Source: Oikopleura dioica
Lineage: Eukaryota; Animalia; Chordata
NCBI GenBank assembly: GCA_907165135.1
Contig: OU015568.1
Location: forward strand, 3,100,001-3,164,000
Direction: 5' to 3'
Length of the DNA: 64,000 bases
Shown: one piece after another, positions 51,439 through 64,000 of the stretch
Layout of the letters: the number at the start of each line of letters is the position of its first letter
How positions within the stretch are numbered: position 1 is the first letter of the stretch
The notes under the pieces: model-generated
Seen by the model: the letters and a program-made list of their open reading frames with translations, nothing else
Database searches by the model: none
What the model was told of the DNA's origin: nothing
Made by a program: the position numbers and the translations under genes

Positions 51439-51612
51439 GACTCAAAGTTTGAGTAGTGAATAACCAACTTTTTTTTCTGTATAATAATATGTATATTGGT
51501 ATTTGCGACAAAAATGGTTTGAACTGTTTGACAAGTTTAAAAGGTAAAAATTGATTAAATAAAATATCTTTTTTTTTTGCAGTAAATTTTCAATTTCAAT
51601 GTTTCTATTTTT

Positions 51613-53428
51613 TCAACTGCTTTGCAACGCGGCGCCGGCAATTTGCTCGAAATAGGCAAGAGAAGCCGCTTTTTGTTCTTCCGTCGGCGAAACCAGGTTC
51701 GGAATCGATTTGTACATTTTGTCCCTCAAGAACTCGCCGTAGACGGTTTCTGACCAGGCGAGATGCTTGCACTTGTCGGTCGGGTGCGGTCGCAACTTCG
51801 CGCCCAAAATCCAGGGTTTTTTCTTGAACGGCTCGTAGGACTGAATACATTCGGTTTCGGCGGCTTTTTGCTCAGCTCGGAAAGCTTCCAATTCTGAGTT
51901 CATTTTGTCGACGCCAAAGGCTTCTGAAAATCAGGATCGACATTTTATTAAATTCATGAAATTAGTCTCTTTTTTCGTGAGTATCATGTTTTTCCTTCAA
52001 TTCTCGATCCCGTTCCTACTCGTTTCCAAAACGTAGTATTGAAATAATCGTACAATTTATGATCTGCGTGGTTCCACTCCAAAATTTTCTTTGCCAGTTC
52101 CGGGTTCATTTCTGCTTTCGCCTCTTCCGTTCTCATCTTGAATTTGATGTAGACGATGTCGTCCCAGTCCCAGCAAAGCAAGTGCTTCATCAGAATCAGC
52201 GACTCGTCAAAGAAGTCCGTCAAAAGAATCAGAGTAAAATTCTCGTCCATTTCTGCGATGGCCTGGTCTACGTACGCCTCGTCCTCCGCCCGGTTCACGT
52301 CGTAACCGATGTCGAAAAACATGTGGTTTTTGGATCTAAACAAGCGTTTGAGAAGAGAAGGATTAAATGAGACAGAATAACGAGAATCGAGATTGTCTGG
52401 ACCAAAATCGTAAACAATTAATTTATCCTAGGATGTCATTTCTTACCTGAAGTACCAATCAGTATCTCTTTTGAAATACTTCGCTGGGTCAGCGTAAAAA
52501 GTCTTCAATCGTTCTGTCGTCGTCACGTCCCCGAGCCACTCTTCGAAAGGCATTTGATCCTGGAAAAACCCGAAAACGGACTCGACGTTGTCGACTGGGG
52601 AGCGAATGATGGTGACGTATTTGGTGTCCGCGGGCATGAATTCGTCGAGTTTTTGCTTGTTATAGCGGAAGTGGTGGCCCAAGACGTCGTAGGAGGTCAG
52701 TTGCGGGTCTTTGGCGGTTTTAATAAGAGGATGTTGACAAGAGAAATTCTTTATTTTTCAAATTGATCTGAAAACCGCTCCTATCAAATGGTGGTCAATA
52801 AAAGCAGGGTATCCGCCAAGTTCCCATTTTCCCTCCAAAGGAAGTCCAACAGTCAAATTGTGAGTGTCCGCGAATCTCAACATGATATTCGACATTGTCG
52901 AGCTTCCAGTTTTGTGAGTTTTGAGAAAAGCAACATGTCTGCTTGGCCCGTTCTCGCAAGTTGGAAATTGAAATTGGGGAGAAACCGCTGCGATTGGAGC
53001 GGACATTTGTTGGACGTTTCCTTGTTGTTGTCTTGTTCGCGTTTTTTAAAGAGAGAGTTTATGTTTGGACGCGGCTGATTTTAGGCCGGTGTGTTTTATG
53101 AGAGCTATAAATCATTATTTTTAAAACGGCTAAGACAGCAATTAATCAACATTTGAACTTTTGAAAAAGTAATTTAAAAAAATCAATTAATTTTTAGTTT
53201 TTAATTCGTCTAAAGAAAAATCTTGATCGAAAGAGTTAGGACTTAAAAACGATTCCTGATCTGCCCCATTTGACCGCGCATCCTCTGCAAATTGGGGTTG
53301 AAATTTCTGACCCGTCGCGCCGAGAGCGAGTCCGAAATTTCGGGATGGTTGATAGTCCAGAGCACGTACGCGCATAGAACCACCAAAGTCAGCTTGATAA
53401 ATGGTGGCATTTTCTGGGAACGCACCAT
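51613..53428 (-). CDS. Galactose-3-O-sulfotransferase family (Gal3ST)
   Basis: Type II anchor FIKLTLVVLCAYVLWTI. 5'-PSB FLKTHKTGSSTMSNIMLRF, 3'-PB YVTIIRSPVDNVESVFGFF, NHMFFDIG, FDESLILMKHLLCW and WNHADHKLYDYFNTTFWKR. Confidence 0.92.
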
Positions 53429-55966
53429 TTTTCTTGTATTTTAGAGCTCTTCTTGCCAAACGGCTCTTCTTTTTTTCGTCGGTTCCTGTTTTCGCCTCTC
53501 TGAAAAATTTAATATGATGCTTAGTAGCGCTTGAAAATTTGGCGCCCTGCCCTAGAAAATTATTGTTTATACCTGACACTCTAAGAATTCGCACTATTTT
53601 TCTCTAAAAATGGCCGATCCCAAATGCTTTCAAAAATATGTCTCTAATTAGGTACTATTCTGAGCTCTAATAAAAACTGAAAAGAAGACGAATTGGTCAA
53701 TTAAGACTCGCTGAAAATTAACTCCGATAATAAATCATTATCGGATCATTATTTCGAGCCCTTCGGAAGAGAGACGAATTTTATGAGCCACAACTATAAA
53801 TTTAACGCGAAAATAAGCGGCTCTCATCAGAACCCGGGTCACTTTTGTTGATGAAGTCTTACTTTTTGTTGCTTTTCAAAATAGCTGTTCTTGAGTTGAT
53901 AATTATTGCTTTAATTTAGGGCTTATCTTTTGAAAACATACAATTATAATTACCAAAATTGATGAATAATTTTTGAAGAAAAAGCTAATATTATATTTTT
54001 TCTCTTTGGAATGAGGAAAATTCCGTATCTGCTCCGTTTTATACGAAAACTCTAGTCATCCCTTAAATTCTCGGGGCTTGCTAATCACCGGTTAATTCTC
54101 TCAAACTGAGTCATCCCTTTTTACAAGTTCAAAATTTCAAATCTAGCAAATATAGAGCACACGAGAATCAATGCTGAAAATTTCGAAACAGAAGATAATT
54201 TGCAGTCTTGGAAGAAAAAACTGTCCATAAAAGACCCTGTTATCTCGAGGACGCCCTTAACCTCTGGAATGCCGGTAACTCTGATGAAAAACGGTGAAAT
54301 TTTGTAAGAAAACCGCGGTTTAAATGCTCTTCGCCTTTTTTAATCTCCTTTCATATTTTTGAATAAAAATTTTGAAGAAAAAAATCTTCGAATTCTAGCA
54401 TTATGAAGGGTATCCCTCCTTGATTGAACTCTCTTTCTTACCTTTCTTTGACTACCTCTTTCTTTCCCCTTTTCTCTCTTTACGAAAATCGTGACCCCCG
54501 ACGGGCCCCTTATCTCTCCTTCTCCTTTTCGGGCGAGAATAAAAAACGGGTTGATTTTTGAAAATAGAAAACACAGTGCAGTGAGGCCCGCGCTACGGAA
54601 GCCACGTTCAATGCCCTAAGGCAGGGCGGCCCAGCTCAAGAATCCGCAATTTTCGAAGCATTTTTATTTATGCTTTGCGTTTCTTTTCTTCCCTTAAAGT
54701 CTCCGCCGGAAGCGAAAAGGCGCTAAGTTGAATTTTGCATTTTTACGATCAGTCTTTTTTCTCCCCAATGGTCGTTGAAGCAGAAAATCAAGGAAGAGTC
54801 ATTTTTAAATGTTTTATCGACGCTCTTTTCTTGATTAACAGCTGCTCCCACATAGGAAAAAAGTTTCTCCTCCTTGATTGAGAAGATTAACGTCAACGAG
54901 GTAAATTCTCTCATTCGCTGATGCTCATCCTCGGCGCCTTCCGTATTAAAACTGTCTGAAAGCTGTCGGAAATATGACGTGCAGAAAGTAAAACTTCCTT
55001 ACTCGAAAATGTATAGATCTTTCCAAATAAGCTGTCTCGCCTTTTTCGTCCAACTTCCATAAAAATCACTTTTCGGCTTTTGTTCTTTATTACAGAAGCA
55101 GATTTTCCAGAAAGAAATATATTTCAAATTTCGCGATTTCAAATAAGGGTATAAATTCCGTCATTTCTACGTCGGCGCCTTCATAAGCTTGATGATTCGC
55201 ATTTTGTCAGACTTTTTCGAGCTTTCCTTCTTCATCTTAAGTATACAGTCGCTCCTTTTCCTCAATGCAGTATTGTCAATACTATCAATACTGTATTGAC
55301 AATACTCTTAGTTTTCTAGTTTCAAAAGCTAGTTTTGTACTGATTCAAACGTCGAAAATAATATTCTAGCGAGCATTTAAAACACTTGAATTAAACAATG
55401 CGAAAGCTTTTTTCAACAAAACTGAAGTCTTATTCGTTGCCGAACTTTGTGAATGCTGAAGACTTTGGTTGATTCCAAAAATGGATAGTTTTTTTTCCTG
55501 ACAATATCTGTGGCGTTTTCTCCGAGATTTAAGTATTTGGTTAATATTTTGGAATCTTTCGTATAATTCCAAGAAAGAGAAATCCAATGCCAAAAGCAAC
55601 AAGCTTAAGTTTTGTTCCCAGCATTCTCTGATTTTTTTTCTTTTGAAAGCAATGGCCTAAATTTCATGTCTCGATTTTTCGCCCAATTCCGCTCGTTAAA
55701 ATTTCATCGAGCAAAAGAAAAGAAGCTCATTAGAGAATGACCCAGTTGGCCTCAATTTGGAATTTACGAGACACTGTAATTAACGAAAAGATTGAGGAAT
55801 ATCTAATGATTATCGATTGCTTCGAGGACAGAGGCAGTCGTAACATTTTCCAATGATTTCTGTCTGGCGCCATTTTTGTCCGACGGCGCTGATTCCAGCC
55901 GACTATTTAATCTTTCTCATTTCTCAAGAAATTATCATAACTAGAAAACGATAATTTAGCTGAAAA

Positions 55967-56158
55967 ATGAACATCACCTTCATCTTCTTCTGCTTCCTGA
56001 CAATTGTTCGCGCCAACTTGAGCTACAGACAATATTACGTTTACTACGTACGAGCGATGAGGCGAAATCAAATGCGAAAAAATGCAATGGGCGAGGCGAC
56101 TTTTCGACAACGAGCGATGATACGATTCAATCAAGAAAACTTGCAATACCGATTCTAA
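55967..56158 (+). CDS. Small putative secreted cationic peptide (63 aa)
   Basis: Signal-peptide-like MNITFIFFCFLTIVRA followed by an Arg/Tyr-rich 47-mer. No homology recognised. Confidence 0.45.
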   Translation: MNITFIFFCFLTIVRANLSYRQYYVYYVRAMRRNQMRKNAMGEATFRQRAMIRFNQENLQYRF

Positions 56159-56210
56159 CTGAAAAATCTGATCAAAAAGAATAAAAAAAATCTTTTCTAC
56201 TTTATTGTCT

Positions 56211-56648
56211 TTAGAAGAGTTTTTGAACGTCTTTGGTTGTAAAAGGCGTTCTGCAGGCCGGGCAAATTTTTGGTGAAAGCACTTTAGATGACAGACATGA
56301 AAAACAAAACATATGAAAACATTTCGTTATGCAAGAAATATGATGCAGATTTTCATCAAATTCTTGAAAGCAAATTGAGCAAGACGGTAGTTCAGCTTCT
56401 GCTTGAGAACGGGATCTATCAGAATCAGTGAGAAGTCGGAGTTTTCGATTGATAGCCTGTAACTGTCGCCTTCCGTCTTGAAAGGACTCATCAAGAGATT
56501 TGAGCTTAGCGTTGTTTTTGTCCAAAACTCGTTTTATTTCTCGCAATTCTCTTTTATCAGCATTCGGAGTTGTTATTTTCTTGTAGATAAACATGCCAAT
56601 ACATGCATAAATACAAAAACCTGCAAACGCAGGTACATATTTCATCAT
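56211..56648 (-). CDS. Intronless TM-coiled-coil-RING (C3HC4) protein
   Basis: Hydrophobic N-terminus, heptad region, CSIC...CFHMFCFSCL...CPACR. Confidence 0.85.
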   Translation of the reverse strand: MMKYVPAFAGFCIYACIGMFIYKKITTPNADKRELREIKRVLDKNNAKLKSLDESFQDGRRQLQAINRKLRLLTDSDRSRSQAEAELPSCSICFQEFDENLHHISCITKCFHMFCFSCLSSKVLSPKICPACRTPFTTKDVQKLF

Positions 56649-57849
56649 TTCTCAGTTGATAAACTGTAATTTTTCAGAATTTTTCCTTACTTTGTCGCTT
56701 TTCTGTTTACAAATCGCCAAAATACATTTCAAATATTGACCCATAAAAAGGAAATCAAAAATTTTGAATGAAGTTGTTGAAATATAAGCTCATGATGTTC
56801 TTTAAAAATTAATATTCATCAAAGTTTCTATTGAGAATAAGAGGAAAGAGTGGGTGAAGGAAATTCCGCTCTCTTAATTTCCATAATCTTCGTTTCCGCG
56901 CTCAGGGGATCATGGAGGAGAAACCCAACGGGAACAAATGTGCTAAATGATGCTCAGGTGTGTTGTCTTAGTGAAAGATGTGAAAATTTATTCAAAAATT
57001 GTAGACGAAAAATGTCTGCGATTCTGGATGCTTTCCGAGCCAAAATCACAAGATAAAAAAACGAAAGAACTGTTCATTTAACGATTGAGCCTTGGCCATG
57101 CTAGACTTTTCCCTGGAGAGCAATTTTTCCAGACATCAAGTTGTTTCCTGTAAGTGCGAACAATCATGCTTCTGTCGGGAGTCGCGACAGACAGAAATCA
57201 GCGACGCGCCGTTCCGAAATGATCAGGTAGCAGATGTCCCATTTCTGATGATTCGAAAGTAATGCTCAAGTGCGAAGAATAGGAATCTTGACTCTTATAG
57301 GAAGAAGTTTGGTTTGCCTTTCAGGAGATATCTTCTTTTGGGAAGATCGTTAGACCAAATTTGGTAAGCAATTTTCGACCAAAAATGCTTTCTTTATTTC
57401 TCATTGCCTGATTCTTATAATTTTTTTTTTTTGAAAATTTAACAATTGTTTTGAAAAGAATGTTTTTTATTTATTTTGTGCAAGTTTTTATTTTTTGCAG
57501 TTTTCAGCAGCCAGCGGCGATTTTCTTCGTCTCCATCTTCAATTCTTCATCTTCATTTCCAAAGTGTCATCAAAAATCCAATCCTACCGGCCAAGTAGGC
57601 CACTTTGAAAACTCGGGAAGAATAAAAAGACTCGAAACTTGTGTTTTTTAGTTAAAAATTTTTGGCAAAAATTGGTCAAAATTTACAAAAAGCTATTTAC
57701 AAATATACTGTTAAAATGATATAATATGAATAAAATTTGTGGAATAGAATTTCGATAAAGAAATGTATAAAATCCTATTTTTGATTGGTTCAAAAATCAT
57801 TAGGAAATCATGTCGAAAATTGAGTTAAAAAAGAAGAAGCGGGGGAAAT

Positions 57850-58829
57850 TTAACAAGTTTCGGTCGAGAGTTTGACTTGGTAGTTAGGGCAGCATTGTTT
57901 TGTGTTCGCGTTGTAGAGGGTCTGAAATGGATTAAGGATATACCCAACGGTTAATTGAAGAACTAACACTGTTAGTCTAACAGGTGAAAAAAAGGATAAA
58001 GGCTAATTTCAGGTCACAAAAAGGATCTAAAACGCCTTTTTCAGGAGTTTTTCTTTCGAAAAGATTAGCAATGAGATACCCTTAAAATAATTATAAATGA
58101 GCTTAATTTTCCTCGAATAGCTATGTCAAAATAAGGGTATCACTCAAAAAAAATTTTTCGAAGAAGCGAAAGAAATAAGCTATCGTCCCGTTTTCTTCAT
58201 ATAGACTTACGTAAGGTCCAGCTGGGTTGTTACAGCACTGAGGATCAGGCTTTGGTCCAGGAGTGGATTCGCAGCTACCTTCGAGGTAGTCGAAACCAAT
58301 CGTTGTCCAGAAGTAGTGGTAGTCCGCGTTGAAAACGTCTTTCTACGGAAGAAACACTAGAATGGGCAAATTTGAATGCAGAGCAAACCTTTTCGACATG
58401 GTTCTGAGCAAATTGCTTGTCACATTCACAGAGTGCTCGTCCGCAGGTGCCCTCTTCATCACGGCATTGGGGTCCTTTGCCGGTGATTCGTAGACCGTAC
58501 TCGACGAATTCGCCAATGCACATGTCGCCGAAAGTCATTCGCGCGCATTTTTGGCAGTCCTTGTACTGTTTGCAGACAGCGTCAAGCTCATCAACTGGTG
58601 GACCATGGCCAGGATCGGACATTGGTCGATCACCGAGGATCAAGCACTGGCAACCGTAAGCCCAGTATTTTCGCTCATCGAATTCGGAGTTGTAATACTC
58701 CATCTGGGAAGTGAGCTGTTTGTATCTTCGTGGTCCCTGGTCGAGGGGAGCTTGGCGACGAGTTCGGGCGAGAGCCAAGTCAGCAGAAGTAGAGGAGAAA
58801 AAGGTGAGGATGGCGGTTGAGTATTTCAT
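57850..58829 (-). CDS. Secreted phospholipase A2-like protein lacking the catalytic His-Asp
   Basis: Signal peptide, YWAYGCQC, GPPVDELDAVCKQYKDCQKC, CGRALCECDKQFA. Further exons KDVFNADYHFFWTT...QCCNNPAGPY and TLYNANTKQCCPNYQVKLSTETC*, stop at 57850. Confidence 0.85.
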
Positions 58830-59254
58830 TTTCTGGGAGATTATATTATTTTTTGAATTATTCTAACTATTACTCCATAATTCTTCTGTTTTTCTAGGAT
58901 AATAAAGTTTGATTAATTTACAGAAAAACGATAAAAAAAAACAAATTAAAACATCTTTTATTTCCTTATTGAAATCTCTGACGAAAAATCATTACCTGTG
59001 ATCTGTGACGGGAGAAAGTATCTAACAAAAAGTCGATTAAAAGCGTTTCCTCTTTGGACTTTTGATTACTCGTCTATCCGAGTTTTGTTGTCCTCGTCTT
59101 CTCTGACGCGCATTATAAAGCGCGATTTTGATGGCGCTCATGAGCAGCGGCGCCGTGCGAAACGGAGTTTTCATGATTACGCGCGCGGGACGGATCGACA
59201 TCTCATCTTTTCTGAATCAGGAATTGATGTGTTTGAAACTTCCACTAAACTTAA

Positions 59255-59917
59255 GGGGGTGGTGGTCGAGAATTAAGATTTTTCAAACCATGATTGAGAA
59301 AAAACCGAAAGGGACAAGAAAATCTATATTTTCTGGGATTAAAGATAAACGTTGAAAGAATGTGGGCGCGTGGAGAAAAATTTTTTTTTTTTTTTGAAAA
59401 AGCTGAGAAAAATTTTATGAAAGTGTACCCTACTTCAATCCAAGATTACGGGCAAAATAACTTTTTTTTCCAAAGATCAAACCTCATATGATGATAGAAT
59501 AGACCCTTACGGATGTGGGCGGGTGAAGATTTTCAAGTGTCAGCCTGTAGAAAAAAAGTTCGTTATTGAATCAAAAATGCTGGGAGCCTGAAAAATCGTC
59601 ATTTTCATTCATTTTTTAAATATAATTTTCGAAAACATAACAATAATCGTAATTTTTAAGATTTTTATAATTATAGTTTGATCGAGAAACATTATCTCGC
59701 AATAAAAATCAATTTTTAGTTGGTATAAGTTCGAAAAATCGCGTTTTAAAATTCCCGAAAGTGACGATTTCACAACATAAAATCGTAAATTTTCTTAAAT
59801 AAGGTTGGTTCAATCAAAAAAAGCTAGAGACCAAAAATACTCCTTTTTTATCAAGGAATCTAAAAATAATATCAGAATTTTAAAAAGTCGAAAAAAATTT
59901 TCTCGACCACCACCCCC
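59255..59917. mobile_element. 663-bp non-autonomous TTAA element with GG...CC termini
   Basis: TTAA at 59251-59254 and 59918-59921. 18-bp TIR GGGGGTGGTGGTCGAGAA / TTCTCGACCACCACCCCC. Confidence 0.88.
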
Positions 59918-60142
59918 TTAAAGGTTAAAAATCAAAATGTTTTGGCTCATTTTATCATCCTCAGCATCAGTAGACAAACGAGGCAGATTTAACATGATGA
60001 TGTGACTAAAATTCCTGAATCTCCGAATTTTGAAAACGATGTTCATTATAGGCAAACAACGCAGTGGCAAATATTAAGTGTCATGAACAAATTCTATTTT
60101 TCCGCGTTCAAATACATTTTTTTACTTGGCTTCATAATCAAG

Positions 60143-61144
60143 ATGTCAAGAAAAGAAAGAAAAATATGTCTTGAGAAACGAGAAATTCCAGCAAGATATT
60201 TGGATAATGGAAATTACAGATTCGATTTGGATCGATCAACAGGAGACATACGTGTTTTCAAATGCAAAATTTGCTCGTTAATAACATCTTCAAGATAATC
60301 TTATTCATCAATTTTTAGTGTTGTTCCGGGCAAGTTCTATATATTCCACTGCAGCGATGATACAAGTGGCAACAAAGCATTTTGCACAGATTGTCATTCA
60401 CGTCAGGATTTTCGTCATAATTCGCACTGTATATGTCAATTCTATGAGTACAAAAAAGAAAAATCTTCACAACATATTTTCTTCCAATGTTTCTACTTTG
60501 GATGCAATGCTTCTTTGAAATTTAACCAGTTTTTCGAGCATTATCAACGATGCGAACATTCTTCTTCTAGCCTACCTCGTTTTTTCGAAGATCAAAAATT
60601 AAATCTATCCATTGAAGACGCAACTTTGGACGACGTTCGTCTACCTGATGATTTTTAAAGAGACCTCAATTTACGCGAAAATGAAATTAAGTCCCTAAGA
60701 GTCGAAATGCAGCGCATTTTATTCGAAGAAAATAGAATAACTGACCGATCCAATAATGTTCAAAAGACTATGGACACAAATTCAAAGAAAATTGAAACCC
60801 TTCTCCAAGAAAATAAGAAACTAGAACGAGAAAAAATTGAACTTGACAGAAATCTCGAAGCTCTATCAAGAAGAAAGAAAATTGCAAAAGAAAAAACAAG
60901 CAAGTCATCGAATCAAAGTGCTATTCAAATCATAAAAATATAAAGCTTAAATTTTTTAGATCCGGGTGAGGACAACTGTTGCAAAGTGTGCTTCTCGCCG
61001 TTCGACAAAAATCTCCACCATCAATCTTGCATAACGAAGTTCTTTCATTCCTTCTGTTTCTCCTGTCTTAGCGCCCTCAACCCGAAAAACTGTCCAAGCT
61101 GCCGAGAGCCGTTCCAAATGTCCGATGTTAGAAAAATCTTCTGA
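60143..61144 (+). CDS. RING-like + TRAF/Sina-type zinc finger + coiled coil + C-terminal RING protein
   Basis: CKICS/VVPGKFYIFHC...FCTDC...HCIC; CFYFGC...FEHYQRCEH; heptads; CKVC...ITKFFHSFCFSCL...CPSCR...KIF*. Introns of about 42 nt at ~60277-60318 and ~60918-60959. Splicing around the TAA at 60656 is unresolved. Confidence 0.6.
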
Positions 61145-64000
61145 TGAAGAGAAAGTCTTATATTCGAATTCTTCCTGATTTCCCTTGATCCTCTTTCTTG
61201 CGGTATTTGTCCCCTGATCTGAAAATTATGAAAATTAATAAACGAAAAAATAAAGATTTTAAAACAAAAGTTCACTGATCTTAGGACAGAAGTCATTGGT
61301 GAACACACTCCACAGACTTGTTTTTTCTAAGAATTTTTCGTAGTTATCATTAAGCCACTTAGATATTTGTTTTACAAACTCGCATGTCTCTTTTAAAAAT
61401 ACTTACAGAGACAAATTACTTGTCCCTTTCGTCAAAAATGGTGTTGGCGGCAAATTGCTGATCTACATTTTTAAAACTGGTCAGAAAGTACTCGAGTATT
61501 TTCGTCGAACATTTTTGCACTCGCCGCAAGTTTTCATCAAGTTACGTGCATCGGGGAATGCGTGTTTTGGCGAAGCCTTTTTTTTTGAAGGCTTATTTTC
61601 AATTCTGGGTAAGATTCTTGCATAATCAGATGAAAAGGTGATTTTGCGAAAGAATGATTTATTTTTCGTTTCGAAATTTGAAATTTATAAATAAAAACAA
61701 GATTTTCATGTATCAATATTTTTAATTTCATAATTTTATACTGCATAAATTCGATTTCGTTTAATATTCCTGAAGATAGAAGCGAACAATGACGCTTTTT
61801 GTTAAACAAGATTGGATTCTAGACAAATTATTGATAATGTAAGGAGCTGTTAGGTAGACGTGGCGGAGCAATCTCTTCTAAGGTTTCATATCATAACGAA
61901 ACCCTTAATTCTAGGAGCTTAATTTTGCTAAAAATCTATCTTTTCAGTGCCTAAAGACCCAAAATGGCCTTTATCTACTTCTCCGAAAAGCAGATTATCT
62001 TTTTGAATTAAGGCTGGCACACCCTTAATCGATCGTTAAAAATTTACTTTTTTTTTCAAGAAAATTACGATTTTGTCAGTTTCCTAACGTGTTTTCTAGC
62101 TAAGAAAAAACCCGTAAGTGTTAAGAATTTTATCAGTTTTTATACTGGAGACAGTAATTAATCGTCTATCTTGGTTTTTTCACTTCGCTGAATCGCCTTA
62201 ATTTCTTGCGCGATGATGTCCACAATATTCCATCGCCGAATATGACAAGAAATACTAAGAAAAAAAGAGAAGATGACAAGACGAACACGACCGAGAAGCG
62301 CGATTTTGAGGTGGAGCGAATTCAATTCAGCAATTCCAGTTTTTTTTTCTTGAAACTCAAGTTACTTTTCCAAGCGGAAAGGGTATTTTTCGATCAATTT
62401 TAACCTGTCCTAAGAAAGGGCGGAGAAAAAAATGTGACCTGGACTCGTACTTGAAGCTTTCGGAAAACGACTTCGATTAAGAAAATAGTCCTGGAGTGAC
62501 ATTATCTAACACACGTCGCGGCTTTCCGATTTCGAAGGTGCGGTTGTTGTTGGAGGATAAGAGCGTAATGGTGAACGTACGCATTTCGGATGAGCGAACT
62601 CGAGGGCTTAATAAATGCATGATGCAACAAGGTGATGTGTTAAGGGGATTGACCCGAGGAGAATCGATTTAATCGAACGTTAAAGTGGTGACACCCTTAT
62701 TTATTATGAAATCAATGGAGGGGCCCATTATCTTGTAATGGGTTAAGTGGATATAAATCGTGTCTGAGGCCCGGTTTACTGTTATATGAGCTGTCATTAT
62801 CAAATTGCATGAGATATGGTACTAACATGTGTAAATGATTATAGAACCAAATTGATACAAGATGAAATTTAAATCGATGAATAACGGAATAAGTTGAATC
62901 GAGTTAAAAACAAATATTTTCAATATATTCAAGGATGACCGGTTGGTTTGTTCAAGCTTTTTTTTGAGTCGAAAAATCTTACAATTTTTGAGTCATAATT
63001 TTGAGTTCCGCTCAACGCGCAATGTTTTTACGATAAATTGCCGCCAGATGAGTCGTTTTTTGAACCTCTTTCTTATCGACAATGTTTTAACGTTTTAAGC
63101 CGATTGATTTGAAACATCCAAGTTTGAAGTTGGTATTGAATATTGTTAAAGAGCAACGGTTTTTATCCGTTGTTAACAATATTTGAAACGTCTCCAGTCT
63201 CCTCTGGACAAGTGGCGACAACGCAAGAGTACAGCGCAAATTCTTGTAATTCTCGAGGCGACCACATTCGATGATTGTGTCCCGGTCCGGAGCAGAAGCG
63301 AGATTACGAGATCAACTGACGTTTTTCAGATTTCAGCTGAGAATGGCCCGCTCCTTGATAGTCTCAACGATCCAATCTGCAGCGTCTTGAAGGAACCACG
63401 CTTAATTAAACAAACAGGGTGTTCGATAAACCGAACTTTTAAGAGCTGCATCTTCCCGGGCAAAAATGCACCTTAGTTCATGAGCAGCGTTAATTCATTC
63501 CAGAGTCGTTTTGATAATTGACCGGAAATCGACAATCATCATCAAACAAGTCCTGTTTGTATTCCCTCCTTTGTGATATCATGTTAAACTGAGCCGGCCC
63601 CTTGTTATTACGAGATTTGTCAACCCGCAGTACGGTTTCTCCTCACGTGAGCGCACTCAGAAGAAGAAGATCCGAACGGTCTCACCCGTCGCCGTCTTAA
63701 AAACATTCTTGGTCGGCTTGAGACGCCTTTGCTCAGTAAAAAAATGCGATTCGCGAAATTAACCAACGCTGGGGGTTGCATGACGAGAATGATGAAAAAT
63801 GAAGGGGAAATGCCATTTCAACATATTTTTCGCATACATTGACTTTTTCAAAGCACGTGGTTTTTCTGGGGCAGCTCAAAATTAGACTAAAGTTCAATCA
63901 TTTTCATTCTCCAGATTTTCGATTATGATGTCTACCCCCTTAATCGACGAAAACAAATTAGAAAGAGCCCTCCTTATTACTGAGACGTGTCAAGCTTAAG

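Noticed and set aside
51439-51600. SECIS element for the internal TGA
   Set aside because: No RUGA-N11/12-AA...GA pattern with a stem was seen by eye here or after 12915. A proper search is still needed.
60296-60298. Premature stops at 60296 and 60941 marking a pseudogene
   Set aside because: Both fall within plausible GT-AG introns of about 42 nt that preserve the frame.
63170-63740. Exon-like minus-strand segments near the window end
   Set aside because: No consistent phase chain or recognisable domain.

Overview
Eukaryotic window: AT-rich, with about 40-nt introns and GC-AG/GG-AG introns. It most resembles the larvacean tunicate Oikopleura dioica (inferred from architecture and gene families, not verified). 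The main feature is an 8,725-bp DNA transposon (1381-10105) with a TTAA target duplication, GG...CC termini and 352-bp inverted repeats in which no mismatch was seen by eye. It carries a multi-exon Kolobok-type DDE transposase on + and an antisense RFX-like winged-helix gene whose exons interleave with the transposase exons. It also carries captured host DNA: a decayed nardilysin fragment whose HXXEH segment is replaced by the last exon of proteasome subunit PSMB3. The element sits in an intron of a beta-propeller-like gene whose paralog lies at 47.4-51.4 kb. Both paralogs have an in-frame TGA at the same Cys-equivalent position next to a splice junction. Other genes are an HxxxDG acyltransferase with an intronic antisense tRNA-Glu, a VWA7/ITIH fusion, a coiled-coil gene, a MYLIP/IDOL-like FERM-RING ligase, a Gal3ST sulfotransferase, a small secreted cationic peptide, two RING genes and a catalytically degenerate PLA2-like gene. 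MITEs and a 13-bp minisatellite are also present. All homology calls were made by eye against remembered family motifs; no searches were run.
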